This document shows, in pieces, positions 63,590-64,000 of a DNA stretch of 64,000 nt. The notes under the pieces are model-generated. The model ran no database searches and was not told the origin of the DNA. It saw nothing but the letters and a program-made list of their open reading frames with translations. This DNA comes from Stegostoma tigrinum. Its lineage: Eukaryota. The position numbers and the translations under genes were made by a program. The stretch spans positions 15,742,589-15,806,588 of the forward strand of contig NC_081362.1 of assembly GCF_030684315.1 (NCBI RefSeq). Reading direction: 5' to 3'. Positions within the stretch are counted from its first letter, which is position 1, and each line of letters begins with the position of its first letter.

Positions 63590-64000
63590 AATGAAAAAGC
63601 ACACGACTTACAACCAAAAATAATTTCCACTTTCGGATATTGCTAAACAAAGACACGTTTTGTTGAAGTTTGTCGTCCTGTATTTGTCAGGACAAATTTG
63701 CGGGACAAAAGGGGGAAGACCAATGTATATATAGTACGAGAGGAAAGTGCTGGTTCTGTCGAGTTGAACCAGGTAGGGCGTGTGCAAATGTTCATTCTAA
63801 GCACAATGAAAGGGGGCCCTGTGTATTAACGCAGGTGTCTTCCAGCACATGTGTGTGCTGTATGACAGTGTCAATATTTGTCGGCAGTGTAATTCTTCCC
63901 ACATTCAGGATTATTCAGTCAATAGTGTCCAATCGCAGAATCACATCGAATGTTAGACACTGTTTGAAGTGTGGGTTGTTTGAACACAGTCGATTATTGT
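63590..64000 (-). mobile_element. Degenerate Penelope-like 3' end (another family)
   Basis: Minus strand reads CDSAIGHY*LNNPECGKNYT...HVLEDTCVNTQGP, resembling the PLE GIY-YIG C-terminus; decayed hammerhead-like motif at ~63660-63696. Confidence 0.55.

Overview
Eukaryotic, repeat-rich vertebrate DNA, almost certainly from a shark or other chondrichthyan, judged from HE1-type V-SINEs, CR1 LINEs, Deu-type SINEs and Penelope-like remnants. No prokaryotic features, CRISPR arrays, rRNA genes or true tRNA genes are visible. One complete spliced gene was reconstructed by hand: a 4-exon cytochrome c oxidase subunit 7A gene (COX7A2-like) on the + strand. Its coding exons are 4454-4477, 7626-7715, 14824-14908 and 16175-16230, giving 84 aa: MFGVRALRAFQQLSHRTFSTAARRQVENKVPEKQKLFQADNGMPVHLKGGVMDALLYRLTMSLTVVGTVYVLYELFDIALPKKK. 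Its CpG-rich promoter carries E-box and ETS motifs and abuts a ~1.9 kb C-rich minisatellite. A second CpG-rich region at ~40.0-40.9 kb holds a candidate first coding exon of an unidentified + strand gene. The rest is transposon-derived, including a young, 5'-truncated CR1 with ORF1 esterase, endonuclease and RT at 31.0-34.5 kb. The most notable patterns are (i) many short Penelope-derived elements carrying minimal hammerhead-ribozyme cores, often as asymmetric fold-back hairpins with clear target-site duplications, (ii) a 246-bp near-perfect inverted duplication around a 1.2-kb spacer, and (iii) a 429-bp tandem duplication. Repeat boundaries are approximate, and family names come from motif recognition, not database searches.
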